A DNA stretch of 64,000 bases, from the IMG/VR virus record IMGVR_UViG_3300025401_000648. One strand, 5' to 3'. Below the pieces are notes generated by a model, which saw nothing but the letters and a program-made list of their open reading frames with translations, searched no databases and was not told the DNA's origin. A program made the position numbers and the translations under genes. Position 1 is the stretch's first letter, and each line of letters starts with the position of its first letter. Positions 1-9,343 of the stretch are shown here, piece after piece. The DNA comes from a virus (lineage: Duplodnaviria > Caudoviricetes).

Positions 1-1
1 A

Positions 2-331
2 AGTTCTGGTTTACAGATTAATCCAAAAATGTTGGCTGTGGTTCGTCCAGGCGAACCTAGCGAGCAATATCAAGAACCCGTAGTAGAACGCACTACTGCT
101 TTGCTACATGATCCTGATTACAAAGAAGCCGGCAATCCAAATTTTGACGACTACTATGGTAGCAAATACAATAGTGGATTTGTAAAAGAATTGAATGACC
201 TTTTAAAATTACAACGCAAAGTTCGTGGAGAAGTTATTCCTGAAGGTGAAGTCAGTCCTATCATGAGTAACGAAGAACAGCCATCGCACAGTCCAATCGC
301 ACAAACGGACTATGATCCAAGGAAGAAATAA
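2..331 (+). CDS. C-terminal part of a hypothetical (probably virion) protein, truncated by window start
   Basis: Frame is open from position 2 through the listed 29..331 ORF; its stop abuts the next ATG at 333. Confidence 0.6.
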   Translation, partial: SSGLQINPKMLAVVRPGEPSEQYQEPVVERTTALLHDPDYKEAGNPNFDDYYGSKYNSGFVKELNDLLKLQRKVRGEVIPEGEVSPIMSNEEQPSHSPIAQTDYDPRKK

Positions 332-332
332 T

Positions 333-1403
333 ATGCAAATGATCGACGTACTAAAGCGTTTGGCCGAACTAGACGCAAATAATCCAAATATAATTAAAGA
401 ATCACAGGCCGTTGAAGAATGTGGCCCAATGGGAATGATGAGTTCTCCAGAAGCTCCTAAAACTCCTGCTACTATCAACATTACTGCTGGCAGTGGTGAA
501 GAATTGAGTGGTATGTTGGCTGCTATCATGAAACTTGCTGGTGTAGAGAAAGTCGGCGACGAACACATGGGCGTGGAACATGAGCCAGCAATCATGACAG
601 CTGAGCCAAGTGTGGGTGTTATGCCTTCCGCAGGTGATGACATGCGTAGCGTATTGGATAAATTAAATCCAGAAGATAGCGAAGAGGAAACAGACGAAGG
701 TATCGCAGACCGTATGTTTGACAACAGCCCTGATGAAGAAGTCGAAGGTCCAAATGCCTTTACTGATCACGGCGACTTAGATAAGAATCCAGCAATGGGT
801 GGCGATACTGCTAAAAATCATGATACTCGTAGCCGTGTACGCAATCAACCAACTGCTACAATGGAAGAAATCACAGCCAATTTGTTTGATGAATACAAAC
901 AGTTCATGACTGAAAATATGGACAGCGAAGAATATGTAGCTTGTATTGTTGACTTCAACCGTTCGGGCCGAGCTATAGTAAGAAGAACCAAACCAATTAG
1001 CAAAGAAAGAGCGGAAGAAATTATTGCAAATACTAAGGCAAAAAATACATTTGTACATCCACCATTTATGACGATCTATCCAGCAAGTGCTGGAAATTTA
1101 GATGGTAGCACTATTATGAGACAGTTTCCAGACATGAGTAAAGAAGACAGCAAAACAGGCACAATGGAAGGCGAAGAATTAGATATTGATAGTTTTACTA
1201 ACGGAAATGAACCAAACTTTACAGGTCGTGACGAAGAAGATTTTGATAAAGCTCAAAAAATGTTTGTAAACTTTCTTAAGAAAAAAGGTAAGGCAGTAGA
1301 TTCAATTAACGATGATGCTTTTCCCGTACTTATAGCAATGTGCCAAGGTCAACCTTGTGCTTGGTATGATCTAGAAAATGCTCATGGATATCTTGCTCCA
1401 TAA
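333..1403 (+). CDS. Acidic, low-complexity hypothetical protein, possibly internal head protein
   Basis: Long E/D/M-rich ORF upstream of terminase; start moved to ATG 333 next to upstream stop. Confidence 0.55.
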   Translation: MQMIDVLKRLAELDANNPNIIKESQAVEECGPMGMMSSPEAPKTPATINITAGSGEELSGMLAAIMKLAGVEKVGDEHMGVEHEPAIMTAEPSVGVMPSAGDDMRSVLDKLNPEDSEEETDEGIADRMFDNSPDEEVEGPNAFTDHGDLDKNPAMGGDTAKNHDTRSRVRNQPTATMEEITANLFDEYKQFMTENMDSEEYVACIVDFNRSGRAIVRRTKPISKERAEEIIANTKAKNTFVHPPFMTIYPASAGNLDGSTIMRQFPDMSKEDSKTGTMEGEELDIDSFTNGNEPNFTGRDEEDFDKAQKMFVNFLKKKGKAVDSINDDAFPVLIAMCQGQPCAWYDLENAHGYLAP

Positions 1404-1425
1404 TCATACTTTAGGATATAATCCC

Positions 1426-1452
1426 AATAGCCTCTTTGGAGGCTATTTTTTT
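1426..1452 (+). terminator. Intrinsic terminator
   Basis: AATAGCCTC-TTTG-GAGGCTATT followed by T run. Confidence 0.8.
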
Positions 1453-1455
1453 CAG

Positions 1456-1461
1456 TAAATA
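1456..1461 (+). promoter_or_regulatory. T4-type late promoter box TAAATA
   Basis: TAAATA 5 nt before terminase ATG. Confidence 0.6.
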
Positions 1462-1466
1462 ACATT

Positions 1467-3056
1467 ATGGGCTCAAAGAATCTCGATGGCGTTTTAATAA
1501 AAAAAGCGAATACAACACAAAAATGGACTGAAAAAGATATTCAGGATTTGATGCTATGTCAAGATCCTGTTGAAGGTCCTAAGTATTTTTTAAAAAACTT
1601 TTTCTATATTCAACATGCTACCAGAGGGCAGATAAAATACGATGCCTTTGAATATCAAGACGAACTGTTAGAAAGTTATCATACACATCGTTTCAGTGTA
1701 AACATGCTGGGACGACAGATGGGCAAAACTACCACTGCGGTGGGTTACCTATTATGGTATGCCATGTTTAATGCGGATAGCACTATTTTAATTTGTGCTC
1801 ACAAGTTCTCTGGTGCTCAGGAAATTATGCAACGCCTACGCTATGCCTATGAAACTTGTCCTGACTGGATACGTGCTGGTGTTACCAGTTACAATAAACA
1901 AAGTATTGAATTTGAGAACGGTTCGCGCATTGTGGCACAAACAACCACAGAAACAACAGGTCGTGGTATGTCTATATCCCTGCTATACTGTGACGAGTTT
2001 GCCTATGTTGCTCCTAATATTGCCAGCGAATTCTGGACTTCTATCGCTCCTACACTGGCAACTGGTGGTAAGGCTATTATTACATCAACACCAAATAGTG
2101 ATGAAGACCAATTCGCACAAATTTGGAATGAAGCAAACAAACGCATTGATGAATACGGTAATAGCACAGAATTAGGACGCAACGGCTACTATCCTTATAT
2201 GGCTATTTGGAATCAACATCCAGATCGAGACAAGGTATGGGCTGACGAAATGCGTAGTCAGTTAGGCCCTGAAAGATTCGAACGTGAGCATGAATGTAAA
2301 TTCTTGATCTTTGATGAGACGTTGATCAGCTCAATGTGTTTGTCAAATTTGGAAGGTGAAGAGCCTAAAATGAAAATGGGCCAAGCTCGTTGGTACAAAA
2401 AGATCAATCCGTCAAGCACCTATATCTGTAGTCTAGATCCCAGTTTAGGTACCGGTGGTGACTATGGCGCAATTGAAATAATAGAAATACCCAGTATGGA
2501 TCAAGTGGCAGAATGGCATCATAATCTAACCCCTGTTCAAGCACAGGTTAGAATCATGCGCGACATGCTATTACATATTGACGAAAAATGTAAGAGTGCC
2601 AATGTAACCCCCAGCATTTATTACAGTGTTGAAAATAACACATTAGGGGAAAGTGCCCTAATGGCCATAGAAGCGCTGGGTGAAGAAAGTTTTCCAGGAC
2701 TATTTTTGAGCGAGCCAGTCAAACGTGGGCATGTTCGTAAGTTTAGAAGAGGATTTAATACAACGCACGGCAGTAAAATATCCGCTTGTGCCAAGTTAAA
2801 ACAATTAATTGAAACTAAAAAACTTAAAATTCGTAGCAAGGCATTAATTAGTGAATTAAAAACCTTCATAGGTGAAGGCGTGACATTCAAAGCCAAAGGC
2901 GGCCAGCACGATGATTTGGTTTCCAGCTTACTTTTGGCCATTAGAATGATCATGACCCTACAGGATTGGGATCCAGCAATCTACGACAAAATGCGTGATC
3001 AGGAGGGCTTGGAGGAACATGACTTGCCCATGCCTATTTACATATCCACATATTGA
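1467..3056 (+). CDS. terL: Terminase large subunit (T4 gp17-like)
   Basis: Walker A-like GRQMGKTT, Walker B LLYCDEFA, TSTPN coupling motif, nuclease motifs LDPSLGTGGDY and HDDLV. Confidence 0.95.
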   Translation: MGSKNLDGVLIKKANTTQKWTEKDIQDLMLCQDPVEGPKYFLKNFFYIQHATRGQIKYDAFEYQDELLESYHTHRFSVNMLGRQMGKTTTAVGYLLWYAMFNADSTILICAHKFSGAQEIMQRLRYAYETCPDWIRAGVTSYNKQSIEFENGSRIVAQTTTETTGRGMSISLLYCDEFAYVAPNIASEFWTSIAPTLATGGKAIITSTPNSDEDQFAQIWNEANKRIDEYGNSTELGRNGYYPYMAIWNQHPDRDKVWADEMRSQLGPERFEREHECKFLIFDETLISSMCLSNLEGEEPKMKMGQARWYKKINPSSTYICSLDPSLGTGGDYGAIEIIEIPSMDQVAEWHHNLTPVQAQVRIMRDMLLHIDEKCKSANVTPSIYYSVENNTLGESALMAIEALGEESFPGLFLSEPVKRGHVRKFRRGFNTTHGSKISACAKLKQLIETKKLKIRSKALISELKTFIGEGVTFKAKGGQHDDLVSSLLLAIRMIMTLQDWDPAIYDKMRDQEGLEEHDLPMPIYISTY

Positions 3057-3064
3057 TATAAATA
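3057..3064 (+). promoter_or_regulatory. T4-type late promoter TATAAATA
   Basis: Exact T4 late consensus 6 nt before ATG 3071. Confidence 0.7.
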
Positions 3065-3070
3065 CTGGAT

Positions 3071-5194
3071 ATGAAACCTATTCAAATTATTAGCCAAGAT
3101 TTATTCGACAAAGTTCGTAGCCGTTTCTCAAATTTAGAAATGGGCGATGAAACTGGCGCAGTGACTATTGATCCTGCAGAAGCACGTTTCTTTGATTTTG
3201 ACTTTGTTATCGAAGGCAATAACATGGGCCGTGTTAGCATTAGTCTAAACGACCTAGGTAGTTTAAAAGTTTATTACAGCCAAGGTATTACTGAAAATCA
3301 AGATGATCCAATCAAACAACAGTGGTTCCATTTTTTAAAAGAAATGAGATTTTTTGCCATGCGTAGATTGCTACGTTTTGACACACGTGACATTGCCAAA
3401 ACAAATCTTGATAAAAACGATTTTCAACATTTGGCCCAGACACAAGGCCCCAAGGAACAAGAAATGACAACTATGAACGAATCTAGATGGAACAGCAAAA
3501 GTTCTAAAAAAACCAGTCGTGCTGTTCAAGGACGCACAGAAGTTATTGTACGACATGCTCGTCCAGTAGATGAAGAATATGCGGGCAGTCGTTCACAACG
3601 TAAAAATATTAAGGCAATTTTTATTCAAAACGCAGACGGCGAACGTTTTAAATATCCATTTATTCACCCAGCCGGTGCGTTTGCCATGGCACAGCACGTA
3701 GATCACGGTGGAATCCCACATGATGAAGCAGGCAAAGCAATTATTAAAATGAGTGAGCAGATAGCTCAATTAGGCGAATTCCAACGTAAAGTCCACAGCG
3801 CAACGCTACACGATGATGCCACTGGCATCAAAGAACGTGCCTTAGGCCGACTAAATGAATTGAAGGCGCAAGTGGAATGTTTGGGAAAAAGAAACCATTA
3901 CGAAAAATGGATGGAGACTTTTGAAGCTGATCAAGATGCCAGCACCATGATGGAACTTGACAGCGTGACAATGGAAGAATACAAACAAAAATTCACACAA
4001 ACAAAATTTGAAGAAGAACTAACACAATATTTTCCACTTCTACATAGAATTATGAGTGAAACAAATACTGTTGATCTTGAAGATTATGTAAAAGAAGAAA
4101 AAGATGAGGAGTGTGATACATGTCACAAAGCCCCATGTGAATGTGATGACGAACAAGTCAAAGAAGATATTGACGCATTTGAAGAATGGGCCGACGCAAC
4201 TGAGCAAGGCAAATTAACTGATGATGAAATTGAAACATTGAAAACAGCAGTCGAAGATTTACCAGATGGCAAACTACAATTAGGTCCACAAGGGCAAACA
4301 GCATGGCAATTTTTTAGCGAATTAGGTTTAGACTCAAGTGATTTAAAAGATAAATTTTCTAAAATGGCAGATGTAGATGATACCACAAATGCCATGGAAG
4401 TATTCAAAGCATGGGCACAAGAAGATTATCCAGAATTATTGGTAGCATTGGGTATGAGTGGCACTGAGCAACAACCACAATCTAACAAAGAAGAACCAAC
4501 TGCAGAAAATGAAGAAATGGGTGGCATGCCTAACAAAACTATGCCAACTCGTGAAGCAGTTGTTAAAGAAGTTGCCAAATTGGTCAAGAGTCGTTTTAAC
4601 GAAGACAATCCAGATGTAGGTCCATTTAACGGAAAAGAAAATATTGCCTTGGATGTTAAAAAGAAATGTGCCGAAATGTTTGGTGAAGAAGTTGGCGATC
4701 AATGTGAACAGCTAGCAATGGAATTCATGGAAAAACTTTCCAAGAAATGGCAAGAAAAACACGGCAAAGTTGAAGATGATGGTTTGGCAAGATTGAAAGA
4801 ATTGTTGAACAGCGTCAAGGCAAAAGTAGAAAGTATTGGCGACAAAACTGACAACGGTCATGCTCCTGGCAATAATATAATGCCAGCTGAAGAAGGCCTA
4901 GGTGGTAAAATTGCCGCAGGTGCCGCACTATTGGCAGCATTATGGGGTGTTAACAATCACATGGCTAACCAAGCCTATGAAGCAAGCCCACAATTACAAA
5001 AATTAACACAATTTTATCAACAAGCAGAAGCACACCATGATGTGGCCAAAATGAAAGAACTTGAACGTAGAATTGAAGATCACAAACTTCGATTAGATTT
5101 GGGGCATGGCGAAGTTATGGGCAAAGATGGAAGACCAAAAGAAGTCGTTCCAGAAATGGCAGATATTTTGAAGTTATCCGGTTTGGCAAAATAA
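3071..5194 (+). CDS. Large hypothetical protein, acidic C-terminal half, likely virion-associated
   Basis: 707-aa ORF behind a late promoter; no recognisable enzyme motif. Confidence 0.55.
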   Translation: MKPIQIISQDLFDKVRSRFSNLEMGDETGAVTIDPAEARFFDFDFVIEGNNMGRVSISLNDLGSLKVYYSQGITENQDDPIKQQWFHFLKEMRFFAMRRLLRFDTRDIAKTNLDKNDFQHLAQTQGPKEQEMTTMNESRWNSKSSKKTSRAVQGRTEVIVRHARPVDEEYAGSRSQRKNIKAIFIQNADGERFKYPFIHPAGAFAMAQHVDHGGIPHDEAGKAIIKMSEQIAQLGEFQRKVHSATLHDDATGIKERALGRLNELKAQVECLGKRNHYEKWMETFEADQDASTMMELDSVTMEEYKQKFTQTKFEEELTQYFPLLHRIMSETNTVDLEDYVKEEKDEECDTCHKAPCECDDEQVKEDIDAFEEWADATEQGKLTDDEIETLKTAVEDLPDGKLQLGPQGQTAWQFFSELGLDSSDLKDKFSKMADVDDTTNAMEVFKAWAQEDYPELLVALGMSGTEQQPQSNKEEPTAENEEMGGMPNKTMPTREAVVKEVAKLVKSRFNEDNPDVGPFNGKENIALDVKKKCAEMFGEEVGDQCEQLAMEFMEKLSKKWQEKHGKVEDDGLARLKELLNSVKAKVESIGDKTDNGHAPGNNIMPAEEGLGGKIAAGAALLAALWGVNNHMANQAYEASPQLQKLTQFYQQAEAHHDVAKMKELERRIEDHKLRLDLGHGEVMGKDGRPKEVVPEMADILKLSGLAK

Positions 5195-5218
5195 AATCAA
5201 AATGTAGCAAGATAACTC

Positions 5219-5263
5219 TTGCGGAGATAAATAAAAACGCATATACTAGTTGTATGCGTTTTT
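5219..5263 (+). promoter_or_regulatory. sigma70-like promoter of gp32 overlapped by an inverted repeat
   Basis: TTGCGG-17-TATACT; IR AAAAACGCATA (5233-5243) / TATGCGTTTTT (5253-5263). Confidence 0.5.
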
Positions 5264-5324
5264 TCTTTTATAAGCAGTGTCTTATAAAAGAGTGGCATAA
5301 CATTTATTATTAAGGAAAAACATT

Positions 5325-6326
5325 ATGGCAACTTTAGCAGAAATCCGCGCGAAGCTTCAAGCTTCATCTCAACAAAACACTGGTAGCGGCGGTGGTGACA
5401 ACGCAATTTTCGCACATTGGAACATTGCAGAAGGACAAACAGCAACAGTCAGATTCCTTCCTGACGCAGACCCAAATAACACTTTTTTCTGGATTGAACG
5501 AGCAATGATCAAATTGCCTTTCGCCGGTGTTAAGGGTGACACAAATTCTAAACCTGTAACTGTACAAGTTCCTTGTATGGAAATGTGGGGTGAGGCTTGT
5601 CCAATTCTACAAGAAGTTCGTCCATGGTTTAAGGACAAGAGCTTGGAAGAAATGGGCCGTAAGTACTGGAAAAAGAAGTCTTACTTGTTCCAAGGTTTGG
5701 TAGTTGATAGCAAACTACAAGAAGACAAAGTACCAGAAAATCCAATTCGCCGCTTTATTATGAGTAGCCAAATCTTCAACATTGTCAAAAACGCATTAAT
5801 GGACAGTGAAATTGAAGAATTGCCAACTGATTATGTTCGTGGCTTGGATTTCAAGATTGCTAAGACCAGCAAGGGCGGTTACGCAGATTACACGACTTCA
5901 AACTGGAGTCGTCGTGAACGTGCTCTAAGCGAACAAGAATTGGCTGCAATCAAGCAGTATGGCTTGTTTGATTTGAAGAGCTTTTTGCCTAAGAAGCCAA
6001 CTGATGTTGAACTCAAGGTTATCAAAGAAATGTTTGAAGCGTCAGTAGACGGTGAAGCATTTGATATGGATCGTTGGGGTCAATACTACAAGCCAGACGG
6101 TATGAAGGGTAACTATGGTGGTAATACTGCCAGCGCACCAGCTAATACTGCTCCAGTGACTAAAGCGGCTCCTGCCCCAGTAGCAGATGACGAAGACGAT
6201 GCTCCGTTTGATGTTGAGCCAACTCCAGTACAAACTAAAGCAAGCGAACCAGCAAACGAACCAGCAAACGGCAATCGTGCGGCAGACATTATCGCAATGA
6301 TTCGCAAACGCAACGAAAACAAATAA
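5325..6326 (+). CDS. 32: Single-stranded DNA-binding protein (T4 gp32-like)
   Basis: VRFLP motif, CP..WF..GRKYWKK, DYxxS.W, acidic tail; sits upstream of uvsX. Confidence 0.9.
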   Translation: MATLAEIRAKLQASSQQNTGSGGGDNAIFAHWNIAEGQTATVRFLPDADPNNTFFWIERAMIKLPFAGVKGDTNSKPVTVQVPCMEMWGEACPILQEVRPWFKDKSLEEMGRKYWKKKSYLFQGLVVDSKLQEDKVPENPIRRFIMSSQIFNIVKNALMDSEIEELPTDYVRGLDFKIAKTSKGGYADYTTSNWSRRERALSEQELAAIKQYGLFDLKSFLPKKPTDVELKVIKEMFEASVDGEAFDMDRWGQYYKPDGMKGNYGGNTASAPANTAPVTKAAPAPVADDEDDAPFDVEPTPVQTKASEPANEPANGNRAADIIAMIRKRNENK

Positions 6327-6371
6327 TTAGGAGATAGACCGTTTAACTAAAAAAATTAAGGAAAGAAAAAA

Positions 6372-7433
6372 ATGGCAAGTCGTTCGTTTGACATTAGTAA
6401 GTTTAGAAAAAGTATCACCAAGTCTATTGATGGGCTTGGTATAGGCTTCAATGATCCGACTGATTGGATCAGCACTGGAAACTACGCTCTTAACTATCTT
6501 ATCTCAGGGGATTTCTTCAAAGGAATTCCTTTGGGTAAAGTAACAGTTTTTGCTGGTGAAAGTGGAGCAGGTAAATCATATATCTGTAGCGGAAATATTA
6601 TTCGTCACGCACAAGAACAAGGCATTTATGTTATCTTAGTTGATAGCGAAAACGCTCTTGATGAAAAGTGGTTACATGATTTAGGTGTAGATACCACTGA
6701 AGAAAAACTACTTAAACTCAACATGGCCATGATTGATGATGTAGCAAAAACTATTTCAGAATTCATGAAAGAGTACAAGGTAATGCCAGAAGAAGAACGT
6801 CCTAAGGTGTTATTTGTGGTTGATTCATTGGGCATGTTGCTTACTCCAACTGATGTAAATCAATTTGAAGCAGGCGAAATGAAAGGTGATATGGGTCGTA
6901 AGCCCAAAGCACTGACCAGTCTTGTTCGTAATTGTGTAAACATGTTTGGCAGTTATAATGTTGGGTTGGTTGCTACAAATCACACATACGCTAGTCAAGA
7001 TATGTTTGATCCAGATGATAAAATCTCTGGAGGACAAGGATTCATTTACGCAAGTTCCATTGTGGTTGCCATGAAGAAGTTGAAGTTGAAAGAAGATGAG
7101 GATGGCAATAAGGTGTCCGAAGTATTAGGTATTCGATCAGCTTGTAAGATCATGAAAACTCGTTATGCTAAACCATTTGAAACTGTACAAGTTAAGATTC
7201 CCTATTCAACAGGTATGGCGCCAACAAGTGGACTAGTTGATCTATTTGAAGCAAAAGGTATATTGACAAAATCAGGTAACAAGTTACAATATACAAGTAA
7301 GGCAACAGGTGAGATCCATGCGTTTTTCCGTAAAGGATGGACTGAGGATAAACTCATGACCATTATGCAAGAATGGGACGAAACCGCATTAACTCCTGCT
7401 GTCGATACAACAAATGAAACTGAGGAAGCATAA
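6372..7433 (+). CDS. uvsX: RecA-like recombinase UvsX
   Basis: ISTGNYALN, Walker A GESGAGKS, DSE.A, VVDSLG, GG.G..Y.SSIV. Confidence 0.93.
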   Translation: MASRSFDISKFRKSITKSIDGLGIGFNDPTDWISTGNYALNYLISGDFFKGIPLGKVTVFAGESGAGKSYICSGNIIRHAQEQGIYVILVDSENALDEKWLHDLGVDTTEEKLLKLNMAMIDDVAKTISEFMKEYKVMPEEERPKVLFVVDSLGMLLTPTDVNQFEAGEMKGDMGRKPKALTSLVRNCVNMFGSYNVGLVATNHTYASQDMFDPDDKISGGQGFIYASSIVVAMKKLKLKEDEDGNKVSEVLGIRSACKIMKTRYAKPFETVQVKIPYSTGMAPTSGLVDLFEAKGILTKSGNKLQYTSKATGEIHAFFRKGWTEDKLMTIMQEWDETALTPAVDTTNETEEA

Positions 7434-7685
7434 ATGGAAGAAGATTTAATCATTGAAATATGGGATATTTTTAAGGAATATATTTCTGATAAAAATAAAG
7501 AGGTAGCGGCAAATCATTTTGTAGATTTTTTACTGGGCAAAGATGTTGAAACCAGTGTGCTACAATCTGTAATGGGGTATGACTCAAATCTCGATGATGC
7601 TATCAAACTTGTCTTGGAAGATGAAGAAGTAGACGAAGACGAAGGAGACGACAGCGACTACGGATACGAAGACGAGGAATATTAA
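7434..7685 (+). CDS. Small acidic hypothetical protein
   Basis: 83-aa ORF abutting uvsX and uvsY. Confidence 0.7.
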   Translation: MEEDLIIEIWDIFKEYISDKNKEVAANHFVDFLLGKDVETSVLQSVMGYDSNLDDAIKLVLEDEEVDEDEGDDSDYGYEDEEY

Positions 7686-7687
7686 TT

Positions 7688-8143
7688 ATGACTTGGTATG
7701 CTAAAGTCAGTCAAGACATAGCACACCTTCCAGACTGCTTAGACCATTTTTACAATGAACTAGAAAGCGCAAGATCAGAGGTCAAAATCTACGGAAACGT
7801 GGAAAAGGCCTCTGCGTCTTTGCCTGGAATAGTTGAACAAAGATTTAATCAACTTCAAGAAATTGAAGCCATATTGGAATATCTTAACATTGAGCTACGT
7901 AGAATTCGTACAAAAACTTTTAGAAAATATCTAGAACATTATAATCGAGATCTAAGTAGTAGAGACTGTGAAAAGTTTGTAGAAGGTGAAGCAGACGTTA
8001 TTGACATGGAAAAAGTCATCAACGAATTTGCTATGTTGAGAAATCAATGGCTAGGAATCATCAAAGGTTTGGATATTAAACAATGGCAATTGGGTAATAT
8101 CATCAAACTACGTGCGGCAGGTCTTGAAGATATTTCACTGTGA
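7688..8143 (+). CDS. uvsY: Recombination mediator UvsY-like
   Basis: Helical ~150 aa, YNR.LSSRD, IKGLDIKQWQLGNIIKL; between uvsX and uvsW. Confidence 0.85.
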   Translation: MTWYAKVSQDIAHLPDCLDHFYNELESARSEVKIYGNVEKASASLPGIVEQRFNQLQEIEAILEYLNIELRRIRTKTFRKYLEHYNRDLSSRDCEKFVEGEADVIDMEKVINEFAMLRNQWLGIIKGLDIKQWQLGNIIKLRAAGLEDISL

Positions 8144-8158
8144 GTGTATAATAATATT

Positions 8159-9343
8159 ATGTATATAGAAGACCTAATTCAAGCTCTAGTATCTTGTCCA
8201 GCAAGGTTAAATTTGTGGGATCACAAAGTAGCCGTTAGCTTTTCTGACCAAATTTTTCAACTTACAGGGTTTACTGAAAAGCAAGCCGCTCTTGCTTTGA
8301 AGATTTTACAAAAACATACGGGTGCGCTATCTGCTTTTATGAATACCGATGTAAAACCACTTATTGAAAATCCAAAATACAGATTGACAATTAGAAAAAC
8401 CGTAACAGCTCGTAGTATTAAAATTATAGACCATGAAACTTTGAATAAATCTATTGAAGTTAAGTTTCCCTACGATGAATCATTAATAGATAAAATTAAA
8501 AAGTTCAAAAGTGTGGCTGGAAATACCGCAACTTGGGATAAAGACAGTACTGCCTGGATTTTTCCACTAAATGAAAATAATATCAGTTTTTTATCGTCAC
8601 TAGCATCTGATGTAAATTTTGATTTTGATGAAGATTTTCAAAAATATGTAGACGAGGCAGATAAAATTGTTAACGAAATGGAAAAATATGCTCCTACGTT
8701 AGCAATACATGACGGAGACTTAAAAATACTGAATTCTCCAAAAAATATGCCAGAAATTGATACCGACGATATCGTTGAAGCAATTTTCCAAGCAAGGAAA
8801 TATGGTGTTACACTATGGGATGAATATATCGACCAGTATATTTCCAGTGAAGAATTTGATCCTGTACTACGTGATTTTTTAAAAAATAATTACGCTTTTC
8901 CAACCCGGTTGAAAGCTGAAAATACCGACATTTTTTGTCTGGAACAGATCGTAAAATATCTATCTCCGTGTTTATTCATCATTCCTGGTGGAAATGAACT
9001 GGCTAAAATTACACAGGCACATACCCTACTAAAGGGTATGAATGTGGATAGTAAAAACATGAGTGTTTTGTTCAGATTATCGACAGAAAATGGGCGAAAT
9101 TTTAACGATTTTGTCAAAAATCAGGCAATAAATGGGCCAATTCATGACGATACTAAAATAGTGTTTGTTAGCGGTAAACTACCAAAAACAGTTATTAAAT
9201 CAGGAATTAAATTTAATAGTATTATTAACATGGGATATACCATGGCGCATTATACTCTTAAAGAATTCACAAAAAATCATCAAAATTCCATATATTTTGA
9301 TGTTAAAATAAAAGCACAGGGATTTGACTTTGACGACTTGTAA
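8159..9343 (+). CDS. Hypothetical protein with HARP-like segment
   Basis: VKFPYD..I.KIK...W...W segment resembles HARP-like domains; ATG 8159 lies 6 nt after a TTGAAG-17-TATAAT promoter. Confidence 0.55.
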   Translation: MYIEDLIQALVSCPARLNLWDHKVAVSFSDQIFQLTGFTEKQAALALKILQKHTGALSAFMNTDVKPLIENPKYRLTIRKTVTARSIKIIDHETLNKSIEVKFPYDESLIDKIKKFKSVAGNTATWDKDSTAWIFPLNENNISFLSSLASDVNFDFDEDFQKYVDEADKIVNEMEKYAPTLAIHDGDLKILNSPKNMPEIDTDDIVEAIFQARKYGVTLWDEYIDQYISSEEFDPVLRDFLKNNYAFPTRLKAENTDIFCLEQIVKYLSPCLFIIPGGNELAKITQAHTLLKGMNVDSKNMSVLFRLSTENGRNFNDFVKNQAINGPIHDDTKIVFVSGKLPKTVIKSGIKFNSIINMGYTMAHYTLKEFTKNHQNSIYFDVKIKAQGFDFDDL

